Assembly: GCA_965113315.1 (NCBI GenBank)
Contig: OZ220364.1
DNA from: Podarcis vaucheri
Lineage: Eukaryota
Length of the DNA: 64,000 bases
Strand: one strand, 5' to 3'
How positions within the stretch are numbered: the first letter of the stretch is position 1; the number at the start of each line of letters is the position of its first letter. The translations under genes were made by a program, and so were the position numbers. The notes beneath the pieces are model-generated. The model was not told the DNA's origin, did not search any database, and worked only from the letters and a program-made list of their open reading frames with translations. Below are positions 1 to 11,720 of the stretch, one piece after another.

Positions 1-200
1 GGAAAGCCATGAAGGAGGGAGACAATTGCACTTCACAGTTTAAGATAATACATTATCTTGGTGCAGCCACTGAGAAGGTGTTCTCCTTCTCTTGTCCCGC
101 CCAGCTGTTTCTCCACAGCTGGAATGGATGGAATGGGTTCAGTTCCAAAGTGAGAACTTAATGTGGCTTTTCAGCTAATGCTATTTTCCTTTCCCTTTAG

Positions 201-305
201 GCTGGTGGTTTGTGAGCACATCAGATGAACAAGGATGGGTCCCAGCTACATGCTTAGAAGTTCAGGATGGAGCCCAAGATGAATTTTCTATGCAACCTGA
301 AGAAG
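201..305 (+). CDS. SH3PXD2B: SH3PXD2B (Tks4) internal coding exon: end of SH3 domain 1 plus linker
   Basis: Flanked by ttccctttag and gtgag. Phase 1-1, 105 nt. Translates (G)[34 protein letters not shown], matching recalled human Tks4 [35 protein letters not shown]. Upstream exons lie outside the window. Confidence 0.96.
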
Positions 306-1194
306 GTGAGAAAATGGCTTAAGAGAAGCTCCCCAATAATTCCTGGGTTTGTTATTTGAACTGCTCTAGTCCAGCTAAATTTTTCAGGCTGTTGTCCAGG
401 GAGCAAAAACTCCAGTTTGGTTTGCATTTTAAAAAGTCCTAGTATCTCTCCTCTCTAGCAAGCTCCCATGAAGGCTGAACTGGATATCACTGACAGAGAA
501 GGTGGTGCTAATGAGCTTACTTGAGCCTTTCCCAGCCTTCAGTATCCAACTTTTCCTCCATCTTTGAGCCACAAGCCACACCAGCCTTTGATATGAAGAG
601 CACACATTCTGAATTAAGACCCCTAAATGGGGCTTTGTTGGGTATTTTTTTTTATGACAGCTGCTGTTATCCTATTGCATTGCACCTGAGTAATATTTGC
701 TATGGCTGTCCTCACTGGAAAGTCCCAAGTGGTTTACATGGACCCCACGGTGGTTTCTCTTCCCCTTACTGCTCAAGTTCACATGCACTTCTTTTCAACA
801 ATGCTGCAACAGCTGGTGCTCCTGTGACATTTTTACTAGGTCCTCCCCATGGTGGCTTCTTGTGATGGAATGAAAAATGCAGAGACAGATATCAACAAAA
901 CAGGTCTAAAGTGTCAAAAGTGCACAATGCTTTTTGAGGAACTTCTTGAGTTTGTTGTGATTTCTTCGTTCCTTCCTTTTTTAGAAGGTGCAGATACTGC
1001 TCATTTTTAATATGACACCTTTGTTAAGCAAAGCATCAAAGTCTTTCATATGAGCCGTGGAGGGATCAAGGCGCATTGTCTGGTTGTGGAATTGTCTGCT
1101 CTATTAAACAAGGCTGATACTTGCAAGGAGTGACGAGCTGCCTCCTTACACCCTGTTTTGTCCCTCTCCTGCTTCCCCAACATGCTCCTCCCAG

Positions 1195-1278
1195 TCCCAT
1201 GGAGATACTGGTCTCTTCCCAGGCACGTGGGCCGCCGCCGGACTCTTGGGGACTTGTACACCAGTGGATGGGGTCAAG
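1195..1278 (+). CDS. SH3PXD2B: SH3PXD2B putative alternative (cassette) exon, 84 nt / 28 aa, between SH3-1 and SH3-2
   Basis: Pyrimidine-rich tract and ctcctcccag acceptor; CAAG|gtggat donor. Symmetric phase 1-1, no stop: VPWRYWSLPRHVGRRRTLGDLYTSGWGQ. Same length, position and RRxTLG motif as the recalled alternative exon of paralog SH3PXD2A. Confidence 0.8.
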
Positions 1279-1347
1279 GTGGATGCTGTGGAGATTGCTT
1301 TTATTGACCTCCATTTGTGCTTTGGACATTTGTCTACTTCCCGTTTC

Positions 1348-1390
1348 TGCATGTGCTGCCCATTGTGGTGTTTGCATGCCTTGTTGCATG
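1348..1390 (+). promoter_or_regulatory. Cluster of three RBFOX-type TGCATG splicing elements
   Basis: TGCATG at 1348-1353, 1373-1378 and 1385-1390, 70-112 nt downstream of the candidate cassette exon. Confidence 0.7.
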
Positions 1391-1746
1391 TAATATATTA
1401 CTTATTCACTGGGAATCCACCCTTTGTATTTCCTTGTGTGCATTGCTAGTCATATATGTTAAAACCCCCCCCCCCCTTTCTCCTGCTTCTGGTACTTACT
1501 GTGTCAATGCCTCATGATTTAGGAGTTCTACTCTTCTGTGCCAGACTAGAGAGGATGTTAAATGCTCCTTTACATTCAACTTGCAAGTGCTAAAAAATGC
1601 AAATTGCATTGGGTAGGCTGATAATTACTGGGCTCACAGCTGGCATGGTGAGAGAATTTTTCTCGTTGTTTCCCCTGTTATGGTCTTAAGGAAAATCTCA
1701 GAAGCCAGTATTTGTTCTCGGAGACATTTCTCTCCCAAAGCAAATA

Positions 1747-2108
1747 GATAAAGGTAAAGGTACCCCTGCCCGAACGGGCCAGTCTTGACAGACTCTGGGG
1801 TTTGTGCGCCCATCTCACATCTATTGGCCGGGGGCCAGCGCTGTCCGCAGACACTTCCGGGTCACGTGGCCAGCGTGACAACGCTGCTCTGGCGAGCCAG
1901 AGCCGCACACGGAACGCCGTTTACCTTCCCGCTGGTAAGCGGTACCTATTTATATACTTGCCCCCGGGGGTGCTTTCGAACTGCTAGGTGGGCAGGCGCT
2001 GGGACCGAGCAGCGGGAGCGCACCCCGCCGCGGGGATTCGAACCGCCGACCTTTCGATCGGCAAGCCCTAGGCGTTGAGGCTTTAGCCCACAGCGCCACC
2101 CGCGTCCC
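1747..2108 (-). mobile_element. Full-length young Sauria (Squam1) SINE
   Basis: tRNA-like head GGGACGCGGGTGGCGCTGTGG...GGTTCGAATCC, (ACCTTT)n tail, CpGs intact. 9-bp TSD aagcaaata at 1738-1746 and 2110-2118. Confidence 0.92.
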
Positions 2109-2199
2109 GAAGCAAATACCACCTTTCAAAAGAGGAATTTCCTCAAGACTGCAAGGCAATGTGCATCTCCCTCCATATCTGCTGTGAGCCTATAAATTA

Positions 2200-2200
<1 letters not shown>

Positions 2201-2243
<43 letters not shown>
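2201..2243. repeat. (CA)n microsatellite
   Basis: About 21 perfect CA units. Confidence 0.98.
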
Positions 2244-2246
<3 letters not shown>

Positions 2247-3898
2247 CGGCTGATGCAATTAATAAGCTCACACTAGCATGTTAAATATGAAGATACAGTT
2301 AATGTCTTGTCTGGTTGCCCTTAGTTGACTCAGATATTTGCTTCTTGCACTGTGTTTCTAGCTTATCTTAAATCTAGAAGGAAAACAAAGACTGGCACAG
2401 ACCTGCTTGATGTAATCGGCCACATCTCAGAGTTTTCGTGCTTTGGCTGTGTTTCTTATAATTCCTGTTCCATCCTGATGCCATGACATCTGTCTGATGC
2501 TCTGTTGATGTGCTTCTGATTTGTCAGGAAGTACAGTGTGGAGGATGTTGGTTGTGTGCTCAGGCACTTGAACACATTTTATGGCTAAACATTTCAAGTG
2601 GACACATACATCCACTGAAGTACTCATTGTGAAGTTGGCAGTTCAAGGTTATGTTAGTCTAACCAAGTGCTTGTCCGCACTTTGCTTGTCCCAAGCATGG
2701 GTCTGAGTGGTTTTCTGCTTGCCCCACCACTTCCCCGGGAAAACCTGCACTTTGCAACTGAATGGAAGGAAACGTAAGTCCACGAAAAACCTGCTCTGAA
2801 TCAGCAGTAAAGAGTGGCTTTTCCTGGAGAATGTGGCAACTCAAACTGAAGTGTGGATGAGCTCATATACTGCAGTTCTGTAAGTGGAAAGGACTGTGCA
2901 TGTTGTTTCAGCTCTTCCTGCTAGAGATATCATTAAACTAGCTGTGAAACTGATTCCTGGCTCTGCACGAGGCATTTCTAGAAATAGGGACTGCAGATGA
3001 GTATTGAATGCCAATGGCAGTCTTGCTGAGGCAGACTAGCTGGCATCACTTTGGCAGCTGTGCATAGGGAAAGCAGGCCACAAAAGCATTGTTTGTTATT
3101 TGTCAGTAATGCAGGTGGTGTGTGTGTGTGTTTGGATTTCTTGCTTCTCTTTCTGTAGAGTTGTCATGATTATGTTTTTAGTGATACCAAGTTCTTCCGC
3201 CTAGTCTTAGCTAGCTGTTACTTCCTTTTCCTCTGGATCATCGCTGGAGATTGGTTAAAAGCCTTATGGCTCTGGTGTTGGCATAATGTGCATTCCCCCA
3301 TAACTTTACTCACGGTCTGGTACTAGGGAGGATGGAAGACAGTGGCAGCTAACCTGGAGTTATTGCAGGAGCTGCGAAATAGCTGCTTATTGGAGTGGTG
3401 TGGTTCCTTGAGTGCTATAACATGGAAGGAGCATGGTCTCTTTAATTGCACAGGAGAAGCTATCTCTGGTGTTACAGCGCTCATGTGAGTGGAGCACTCA
3501 AATGAACACTTGTGCACCCAGATAAAGCTGCTGAAACAACATCAGAACTGATGCTTAAGGTGTTTGGTAGGTAGACACTTAGGGCTAATGGAAAAGCAGA
3601 TTCTTTTTAGAACAGGCCTGTGCAACACCCCACCCCTGACAAGCCTGGCATACGCAGCCCACCTCATTTCCACTGACCACCTATTACAGCTGCCTGTCTT
3701 CAGTTGGAAAAACAAAGAGGTTGTCACGCACCAGGCAGGGGCTGATAGGGTGTATTAGACTTGTGGGAGGGTATTACAAGTTTTGTAACTAGATTTTTGG
3801 AAGCTTGTGTCAGGTGGATAGGCTCTCGACCCCGGTGTGTGAGGCACCCGATTGCCAACCTTCCCATGCCGTGCTAGACTTCAGAGCGCTAGACTTAA

Positions 3899-4207
<309 letters not shown>

Positions 4208-4373
4208 TGATGTTTATCTCTGTCTCTTGCAAAGCACCATTAGGAGAGGGTAGCTTCCATCCAGGAAGGGACAGAAGGAAAGATCAGCTTAAGACACGCA
4301 AAGCTCCAACAATGACTGATGTAGAGGAATGCATTTTGTGGCATTCTGCTCTGTTTCTAGGAGATAAAAATTA

Positions 4374-4593
4374 CCGTATTTTTTGCTCTATAGGACTCAC
4401 TTTTTTCCACCTAAAAAGTAAGGGGAAATGTGTGTGCGTCTTATGGAGCGAAGGCAGGCTGTGCAGCTATCCCAGAAGCCAGAACAGCAAGAGGGATTGC
4501 TGCTTTCACTTTTTCATTTTTTTTCTTGTTTACCTCCTCCAAAAACTAGGTGCGTCTTGTGGTCTGGTGCGTCTTATAGAGCGAAAAATACGG
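4374..4593. mobile_element. Tc1/mariner-superfamily (Tc2/Tigger-like) MITE
   Basis: TIRs ccgtattttttgctctata / tatagagcgaaaaatacgg, flanked by TA on both sides. Confidence 0.85.
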
Positions 4594-4913
4594 TAGATAA
4601 CTCAAGCTCTTTGAGGAAGAGGAGTGGACACACAGAGGCAATACTTTAATGTTGAAAGGAATTGCTTCTTGCATTATGAACAGATGGCATATTGCCTCGG
4701 GACAATGAGATGCCCTGAAAATCTCATTGGCACATTCTGGTATATAAGGTGGTCCCGCCAACACATTTGCGGGTTTCGGAAACGTGAAGGAAACTATCCA
4801 AAAGGTAACAAGGCATGATGTGCCACTGAAGCTACATTTTCATACCACAAAATGGTGGGTGCAAAGAGGTGGGTTCCTTGGCTATTAAAAAAAACCCCTT
4901 TAAAGATGCTGTA

Positions 4914-5153
4914 ATGTGGTGTAGTGGTTAAGAGCGGTAGTCACGTAATCTGGGTAACCGGGTTCGCGTCTCCGCTCCTCCACATGCAGCTGCTGGGTGA
5001 CCTTGGGCCAGTCACACTTCTTTGAAGTCTCTCAGCCCCACTCACCTCACAGAGTGTTTGTTGTGGGAGAGGAAGGGAAAGGAGATTGTTAGCCGCTTTG
5101 AGACTCCTGAAGGGGAGTGAAAGGCGGGATATCAAATCCAAACTGTTCTCTTC
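4914..5153 (+). mobile_element. tRNA-derived SINE (Squam3-like)
   Basis: A-box tgtagtggttaagagc, B-box-like gggttcgcgtc, CTT-type tail. Near-identical to copies at 7985 and 30332. Confidence 0.8.
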
Positions 5154-6499
5154 ATAGGGGGGAAAGGTATACTCAAATGGTTGAGTTGGGGGAAGAGGTT
5201 GTAGAGAATGCCCTGAACCATGCTCCTTTATAGGCTTAAACTGCATGCTGCTGCAGTTGTCTTTGCAGTTAAGGGCACTTACTTCCTTTTAGTGGTAAAA
5301 TGTGTTTATCACACAGTCTCTGCTTTAAACCATTTCTACACTTCTGACTCCAACATAATGAAACTGCAGACTGATGAGTGAAATCCTCCAGCATCCTTAA
5401 ATTAAGGGGGAAGATCTCCCATCTTTCTGTTCTTTTTGCTTGGTATATTTCTTGCTCCTAAATCAAAGCATCTCTCTCAATTGTCCACTCTGTTTGCTGT
5501 TGAACAAGTCAACCATCCATCAGATTTTTGCATCTGTGTTGCCTAAAGAGGCTGCCGTTTGGTTTTGGTTTGTTTTTCTTTTTTAAAAACAATTCTGGCT
5601 ATAGAAAGCGTTTAGTACAGCTTTGTTCACCACTTGAGAATCAGCTGTATCTACCAGCCTTGTAACGGGACGGCTAAAATATGGTTCACCTTTGCAATAG
5701 AAAATGGTTGAAAATGTATGTGTTAATCAGATGGGGCAAAAATACAACACTCTGTTTACAAGTCAACTATAGCCATATTGATCAGGGCCATAACAGAACT
5801 CAAGCAGAAACAATGGGCAAACTAAGCACACAAAAAAATGCCTTGATGACTATGATCTAACCCTCAGTTGGTCAACTAGAGGTCTCTTCTGGCTACATTA
5901 GTTGTAAGTCTTGACACTGGGCTGACGCTGACAAAGCGTGTGTCAAGGTAAAGCAGAAAGCAGGCTTTGATTTCCGTAACCTTCCAATGAACCTGCAGCA
6001 TTGGCAACCACTACACCAGGAAAAAAGAATGTGTGTTGACATTTTAAACTGAGGAAATTTGCTTCAAAGAATCTCAAGTCTATTAAAGGCGCAGCAGCTG
6101 GCGTCATCTGATCCTAGCATCTTTGCCTCTGGCCACTAAGGTGGCATTTTCCTGTGGCTGGCACCAGTCCCTCCTCTCTGGCAGATGTCCTTGGTGGATG
6201 TGGTTTCTGAGTCACAGTAAACGTTTAGGGCTATTGTTTTGTTTTGGGTTTCTCTTCTTTTAATGGTTTTGATGTAAGAAAAGAAGACAAACGGCACACT
6301 GGAAAAGTGGCGACCTTTGTATAAGAACTGGAAACACCAAGAGTTAGACTGCTTTGCATGTGACAGAAAAGTAGATGCACCTGTTATTACCACATGCCCC
6401 AGTGTTGTTTCCTGTTATACCTTCTTTTTTTACATTGTGTTTATGTGCCACAGAGAAATGTGATGGGCCCCAGATCTCTTATGTATATGCAGTGTATGC

Positions 6500-6785
6500 A
6501 TTAGGGATGGGGAACCTCAGGTCCAGGGGCCAAATGAAGCCCTCTAGGCCTGTCTGGCCCTCAGGGTTTTTCCAAGGTCACACAGCCCTCACCAGTCCTG
6601 CTTTGCACACCCCCTTGAGTGTTTTTTGCCTGGCTAGAATGTGCCTGGATTGAGAGGGATGTGTGAATGTGTAAAAACTAATCTAGTGTACAAACAGCAA
6701 ATTTCACATTTGCTGCTCTGACTGCTTTTGCCTGTGGTTTCCCAGAAGGGGGTGTAGGCTGAAAAGGTTCCACCCACCCCCGGGT
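6500..6785. mobile_element. Degenerate hAT-type MITE
   Basis: Ends tagggatggggaacct and aggttccacccacc resemble hAT/Charlie TIRs. Confidence 0.5.
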
Positions 6786-6827
6786 GTCTACATGGTAAGA
6801 GTACACATTTTGCCTCTACGCAATATA

Positions 6828-6962
6828 GCAGAGGTGGGGCAGTCTTTGGCCCCTCCAGATGCTCTTAACATCCATCTCCCACCAGCCTCATGGCCAGTGG
6901 TCAAGGATTATGGGAATTGTAGGCTAGCAACATCTGGAGGGCCACAGGTTCCCTCATCCTTG
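6828..6962. mobile_element. Short hAT-like MITE (ctccagatg...catctggag family)
   Basis: Internal inverted motifs ggccctccagatg / catctggagggcc. Related copies near 15964, 16324/17550, 18241, 30040 and 47497. Confidence 0.6.
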
Positions 6963-7141
6963 CATTTGAGGGACACAGCAATATGTGACGTGGCCCTTAG
7001 GCAGGCCCACTAGACTCTGTGACATTTGTCATGCTGCTTCAAAATAAGCAAGAAAGGATTCTCACTACATTAGAGTAGTCCAATGCATTTCTAGAAGGCA
7101 CGTAATGCACAGGTAACAAATGATCAGGGAGTCTTCCTCTA

Positions 7142-7648
7142 TTGATTTAGAACCCTTTTTGTGCCTCTCAAGAACTGCTATGAATCAGGCTGGCTGTAGC
7201 CGTGATAAGAACGAGACAGAAGTCTAAATAAATGCACCCATAATGGGTTGGAGACTCCTGTGTTCCAGTTTAGTCTTGCTGTCCCTGTATGCCATAATCC
7301 ATTCCACATCTGGAGACTGGTTATTACAGCACAGTATACTGCCAGTATATAGCCTTTACCCCCCAATGAGGTACAGCCACCTTGGGCATCTGTATGGAAA
7401 GATGGGAGATAAATCAGCTTAATCAACAATAAGCAAACATTCATAATTGTGAAGGTATGGGGTCTTGAAAGATAATTGAGTGTGTATCTCAGATAACCGA
7501 AGAATGAAATAGGGTGAGTGGGTGGAATCTGTATTGATCAGTCTGATTTCTCTGAAGGTTGATTTAGAACCCTTTTTGTGCCTCTCAAGTACTGCTATGA
7601 ATCAGACTGCTTGTAGCCGTGATAAGAACGAGACAGAAGTCTAAATAA
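7142..7648 (+). repeat. 90-bp direct duplication (7142-7231 and 7559-7648)
   Basis: ttgatttagaaccctttttgtgcctctcaag...gagacagaagtctaaataa occurs twice, about 4 mismatches, offset 417 bp. Confidence 0.95.
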
Positions 7649-7671
7649 TTTGACTATTCATATTGCTGCAG

Positions 7672-7898
7672 GTATCAGGGTCAGGAGGGCTGGGCCCCAG
7701 CATCATACCTGAAAAAGGGGAGTGGTGACATGCTTGCTCCAAAACTGGGATCTGCCACTTCCGCCCACTCCTATGCACTAGACCTGGATGGAATCTCCCG
7801 GCAGCAGAACTCGGCGGGCCGAGACAAGGATGGGCCAAACAACCAAAGAGATGGACGGTTTGATGGTCGCCCATTGCCAAATGTGGACCTTAGGCGAA
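7672..7898 (+). CDS. SH3PXD2B: SH3PXD2B coding exon, end of SH3 domain 2 plus linker
   Basis: ctgcag acceptor, gtaagt donor. 227 nt, phase 2-1. [27 protein letters not shown]...[12 protein letters not shown]...[17 protein letters not shown]. Confidence 0.96.
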
Positions 7899-7984
7899 GT
7901 AAGTTGGGAAGAATGAACAAAGGTTTTGGGTTCTTTGTAGGACATGCTAGCCTGGTGTGGTGCAGGAAGGTCTTCATGGCTCTT

Positions 7985-8240
7985 GAGAGCTAGTGTGGTG
8001 TAGTGGTTAAGAGCGGTAGACTCGTAATCTGGGGAACTGGGTCCGTGTCTCCGCTCCTCCACATGCAGCTGCTGGGTGACCTTGGGCCAGTCACACTTCT
8101 CTGAAGTCTCTCAGCCCCACTCACCTCACAGAGTGTTTGTTGTGGGGGAGGAGGGGAAAGGAGAATGTGAGCCGCTTTGAGACTCCTTCAGGTAGTGATA
8201 AAGCAGGATATCAAATCCAAACTCCTCTTCCTCTTCTTCT
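7985..8240 (+). mobile_element. tRNA-derived SINE (Squam3-like), full length
   Basis: gagagctagtgtggtgtagtggttaagagc head and (CTT)n tail; homologous to 4914-5153. Confidence 0.82.
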
Positions 8241-8638
8241 TTAGTTTTGTGGCTTCTTGAGAATTATAATAGGAAGAACTGGGGTTATTTAGGTCAGTTC
8301 AGCAAAGCTGACAGTAAATTTTGGAATTCTTTCTAGTGTATGTTTGTATTGCATTCTACTTCCGCTGCTACTCCAATGAAACATATCTCAAACTTGGTGG
8401 CAATTGTTTGAACATTATGCATCTAGGGGGGATGCTGTTCAGGATTTTAGTGTAGGTTTGTGTGTGAAGAACCTACCCATCCCGTCTCTGTAATATATGG
8501 ACTCACACAGTCTCTCTTTCCCTCTTGCTCTTTTCCCCCTCAGACTGGACTGGTGGGGTCTTGTTAGTTCTTCTTAAGTATCACTTTTTGAAGCATGCTT
8601 TGATATCCTTTAATCACAATGAAATATTTTCTTGGCAG

Positions 8639-8688
8639 AATCACCAAAGATGAGACAGAGACCCCCTCCTCGTCGAGATCTCACAATA
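8639..8688 (+). CDS. SH3PXD2B: SH3PXD2B small coding exon
   Basis: ttcttggcag acceptor, gtaagt donor. 50 nt, phase 1-0. KSPKMRQRPPPRRDLTI (human RSPKMRQRPPPRRDMTI). Not in the ORF track. Confidence 0.95.
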
Positions 8689-9285
8689 GTAAGTATTGCC
8701 CCCAGTTGCTTTAAGCTGGGGAGTTCTGGTGCATTATTAAATACACAGAACAAAAATAAGCTAGACCAGTGGTGGTAGAAAGGGACACAACTTGTCTTGC
8801 CGCATTTTGGCATAGATTCCCATGTGCAAACATGTCCGTGTATGTAACTTGCTTCTTAATGAATGGATGAATATGGAAGTGATAAAATAATGCTCTGGTA
8901 AGGATCAGGCCATTGCCGCAATATATAAAGAGGGAAATAGTTCTTTCTACATGCATGCCCTGTGCAACTGAACCCATGCACAAAATTCATTGCATGAGAA
9001 GCTTCCCTAATATTCCTCCTTGTGATCCACATGTGCAGTGGTTCTACCTTATATAGCTGGTGCAGGAGTGAGGCTTAACCCCCCCCCCCTGATCTGCTTT
9101 CTTCTGTCAAGGGACTCTTGCCTTACGAATGAGTATATACCATTCTGTTTTGAAGTAGCTGCACAGGCCTTTTCTGTTGTGTTTATGGCCAGCAGCCACC
9201 CACAAAATATACTTCAGTTGTGGCAGTTTCCATAGCACAGGTGCTCTGGAAATAAGCCTACTTACCTACCATATGTGACAATGTA

Positions 9286-9511
9286 CAGTGTTACCTCAGG
9301 TTAAGTACTTAACTCGTTCCGGAGGTCTGTTCTTAACCTGAAACTGTTCTTAACCTGAAGCACTACTTTAGCTAATGGGGCCTCCCACTGCTGCCGTGCC
9401 ACCGGAGCTCAATTTCTGTTCTCAACCTGAAGGAAAGTTCTTAACCCGAGGTAATATTTCTGGGTTAACGGAGTCTGTAACCTGAAGCATATGTAACCCA
9501 AGGTACTACTG
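9286..9511. mobile_element. Tc1/mariner (Tigger/pogo-like) MITE
   Basis: TIRs cagtgttacctcaggtta / taacccaaggtactactg, TA TSD, internal taacctgaa repeats. Second copy at 32279-32519. Confidence 0.85.
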
Positions 9512-9822
9512 TACACTGCATGCATATAGAGTATATATTCTTAATCCGTCATGGGAGCATGGACTAAGGAAAGCTTTGCTTATAAGCTTTATGCATTTCT
9601 TTCTCTATGCATACAACTTTCCCCTCAAGTTCAGGGATTGACCGAGGAAACGTTGCCTTCCCCATGAGGCCCTGGAGCACACACAGCTAGCAGGGTCAGC
9701 AGCTGAGATATGTCTGTATAGATGTTCCTGAAATAGATTTTGTTTTTTAAAGCAAACTTGGCCCATTTTCCAAGTCATTCCTTTTGTAACATAGTATTAG
9801 AAAGTGACTATATTCACTGATA

Positions 9823-10188
9823 GGGACGCGGGTGGCGCTGTGGGCTAAAGCCTCAGCGCCTAGGGCTTGCCGATCGAAAGGTCGGCGGTTCGAATCCCCG
9901 CGGCGGGGTGCGCTCCCGCTGCTCGGTCCCAGCGCCTGCCAACCTAGCAGTTCGAAAGCACCCCCCGGGGGCAAGTAGATAAATAGGTACCGCTTACCAG
10001 CGGGAAGGTAAACGGCGTTCCGTGTGCGGCTCTGGCTCGCCAGAGCAGCGTTGTCACGCTGGCCACGTGACCCGGAAGTGTCTCCGGACAGCGCTGGCCC
10101 CCGGCCAATAGATGTGAGATGGGCGCACAAACCCCAGAGTCTGTCAAGACTGGCCCGTTCGGGCAGGGGTACCTTTACCTTTACCTTT
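9823..10188 (+). mobile_element. Full-length young Sauria (Squam1) SINE
   Basis: Reverse complement of 1747-2108 with 4 substitutions and 1 indel; (ACCTTT)3 tail. Perfect 14-bp TSD tatattcactgata at 9809-9822 and 10189-10202. Confidence 0.94.
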
Positions 10189-10616
10189 TATATTCACTGA
10201 TAAAAGAGTCTACAGATAGTTGAAAATAAAACCCCGCAGAGGGAACTCTTAGGGTAAGAAGATCCCTTGGGGAAAAGTGAGGGCGTTTTGCTTCTTCAGC
10301 GATAGTTTTCCCAGGAGCAGCCATTCAAAGCAGAGCTGAAGCTGGGAATACTTCTCTGCAGAGCTGAATTTTAATCTGATCTGCACAAGAATCCATGAGC
10401 TTCTAAGGCTCTCTTCATTTCCAGGCCCAGACCTGCTAACATCTCCAGCATCTTTAATCCCGTGTGGCCTCTCTTGAAAGATGAGCTTGTCAGCAGTAAC
10501 TGTAAAATCAGTGAAGCCACATGAACCTGCCAGCCAAATGCTACCTTCCTTGTGGGCTAACTTGGAGGGCAGTGGGGTATATTGTCCCTTGTCGTCTTCG
10601 GACAGAAGTAGGCTGA

Positions 10617-10826
<210 letters not shown>

Positions 10827-10893
10827 TAAATCCTTTGTGTTTGCAGTAGTTGTCTGATACAATTGCTTTATGCTGATGATTGACAGGGATGAG

Positions 10894-11069
10894 CAGTGCT
10901 TTCTTTCCTTAAAAAAATGTTTAGGGGTCCTCTCATTTTGACTCAAGAAAATCACCATTTTATAGTTCAAATTGGGGAAAACAAATACAGTAAATGGACA
11001 AAGTACAAAGATTCACGAATTGTTTAGGGGTATGCGTGCTCCTGCATCCGCCCCCAGAAAAAAGCACTG
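10894..11069. mobile_element. hAT MITE
   Basis: TIRs cagtgcttt / aaagcactg; 8-bp TSD gggatgag / gggattag. Confidence 0.85.
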
Positions 11070-11590
11070 GGGATTAGGGTCAAATTTCTGTCCTTATATC
11101 AGTGAGTAAGGAAGGATAATCCTCCCTGGTGTGCTGTGTTCTAGTCTGACTGGTATGTTCGTATTCCGTTTTAAAAGGTGTGTGGAACAGCTCAGCTTTC
11201 CATCCTCCCTCCACACATGCACAGCAGCCCGTTTCACTGGGAGGTGGAAATATAAAAAGGAGGTATTCTCTGCTTCTCCACCATGAATGGAATGTGTGCT
11301 GAAACTGCAACCATCTTTCAACTTCTGGTAATGCAGGCAGTGATCTCCTCCAGCTGCCTGCTCACCCTGAACTTTCACATTTTCCTTTGCCAGATTTTTG
11401 CCTTATCAGGTTAAAATATTTGCATAGAGCTTACTATTTATTTATTTATTGCATTTCTCTCCCACTTTTTCTTTCCCCATCCCCAATTAAAATTACATTT
11501 TAAAAATATTTTTATTTATTTTATATATGCAACCACTATATTCAAGAATCTTGAAGTGATTCGCTCCATAAAAACACACACACAGCTACA

Positions 11591-11631
11591 GTGTGTGTGT
11601 GTGTGTGTGTGCGCACGCGCACGCGCACGCA
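11591..11631. repeat. (GT)n-(GCGCAC)n alternating purine-pyrimidine tract
   Basis: gtgtgtgtgtgtgtgtgtgtgcgcacgcgcacgcgcacgca. Confidence 0.9.
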
Positions 11632-11720
11632 TTTAGAAATGGGGATGTTAATTAGCTGTATCAGCCTTAAAAAAATGGAGTTTAGTATCCTGCTGGCGGT
11701 ACCTCATCTATGGCTCATTG

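Noticed and set aside
1678-2159. Several 60-100 aa ORFs duplicated at 9747-10147
   Set aside because: Chance frames within the GC-rich Sauria SINE copies, not genes.
5371-5384. CTGATGA...GAAA hammerhead-like words (also near 45303 and 47967)
   Set aside because: No stem II or stem I pairing can be formed around the core motifs.
7705-7735. Suspected frameshift at the A5G4 run in the SH3PXD2B exon
   Set aside because: Recount gives ctg aaa aag ggg agt ggt gac atg, in frame with the downstream ORF; the gene is intact.
9286-9511. Regularly recurring taacctgaa units resembling a CRISPR-like array
   Set aside because: Internal subterminal repeats of a TA-flanked MITE in a vertebrate intron; irregular spacing and no cas genes.
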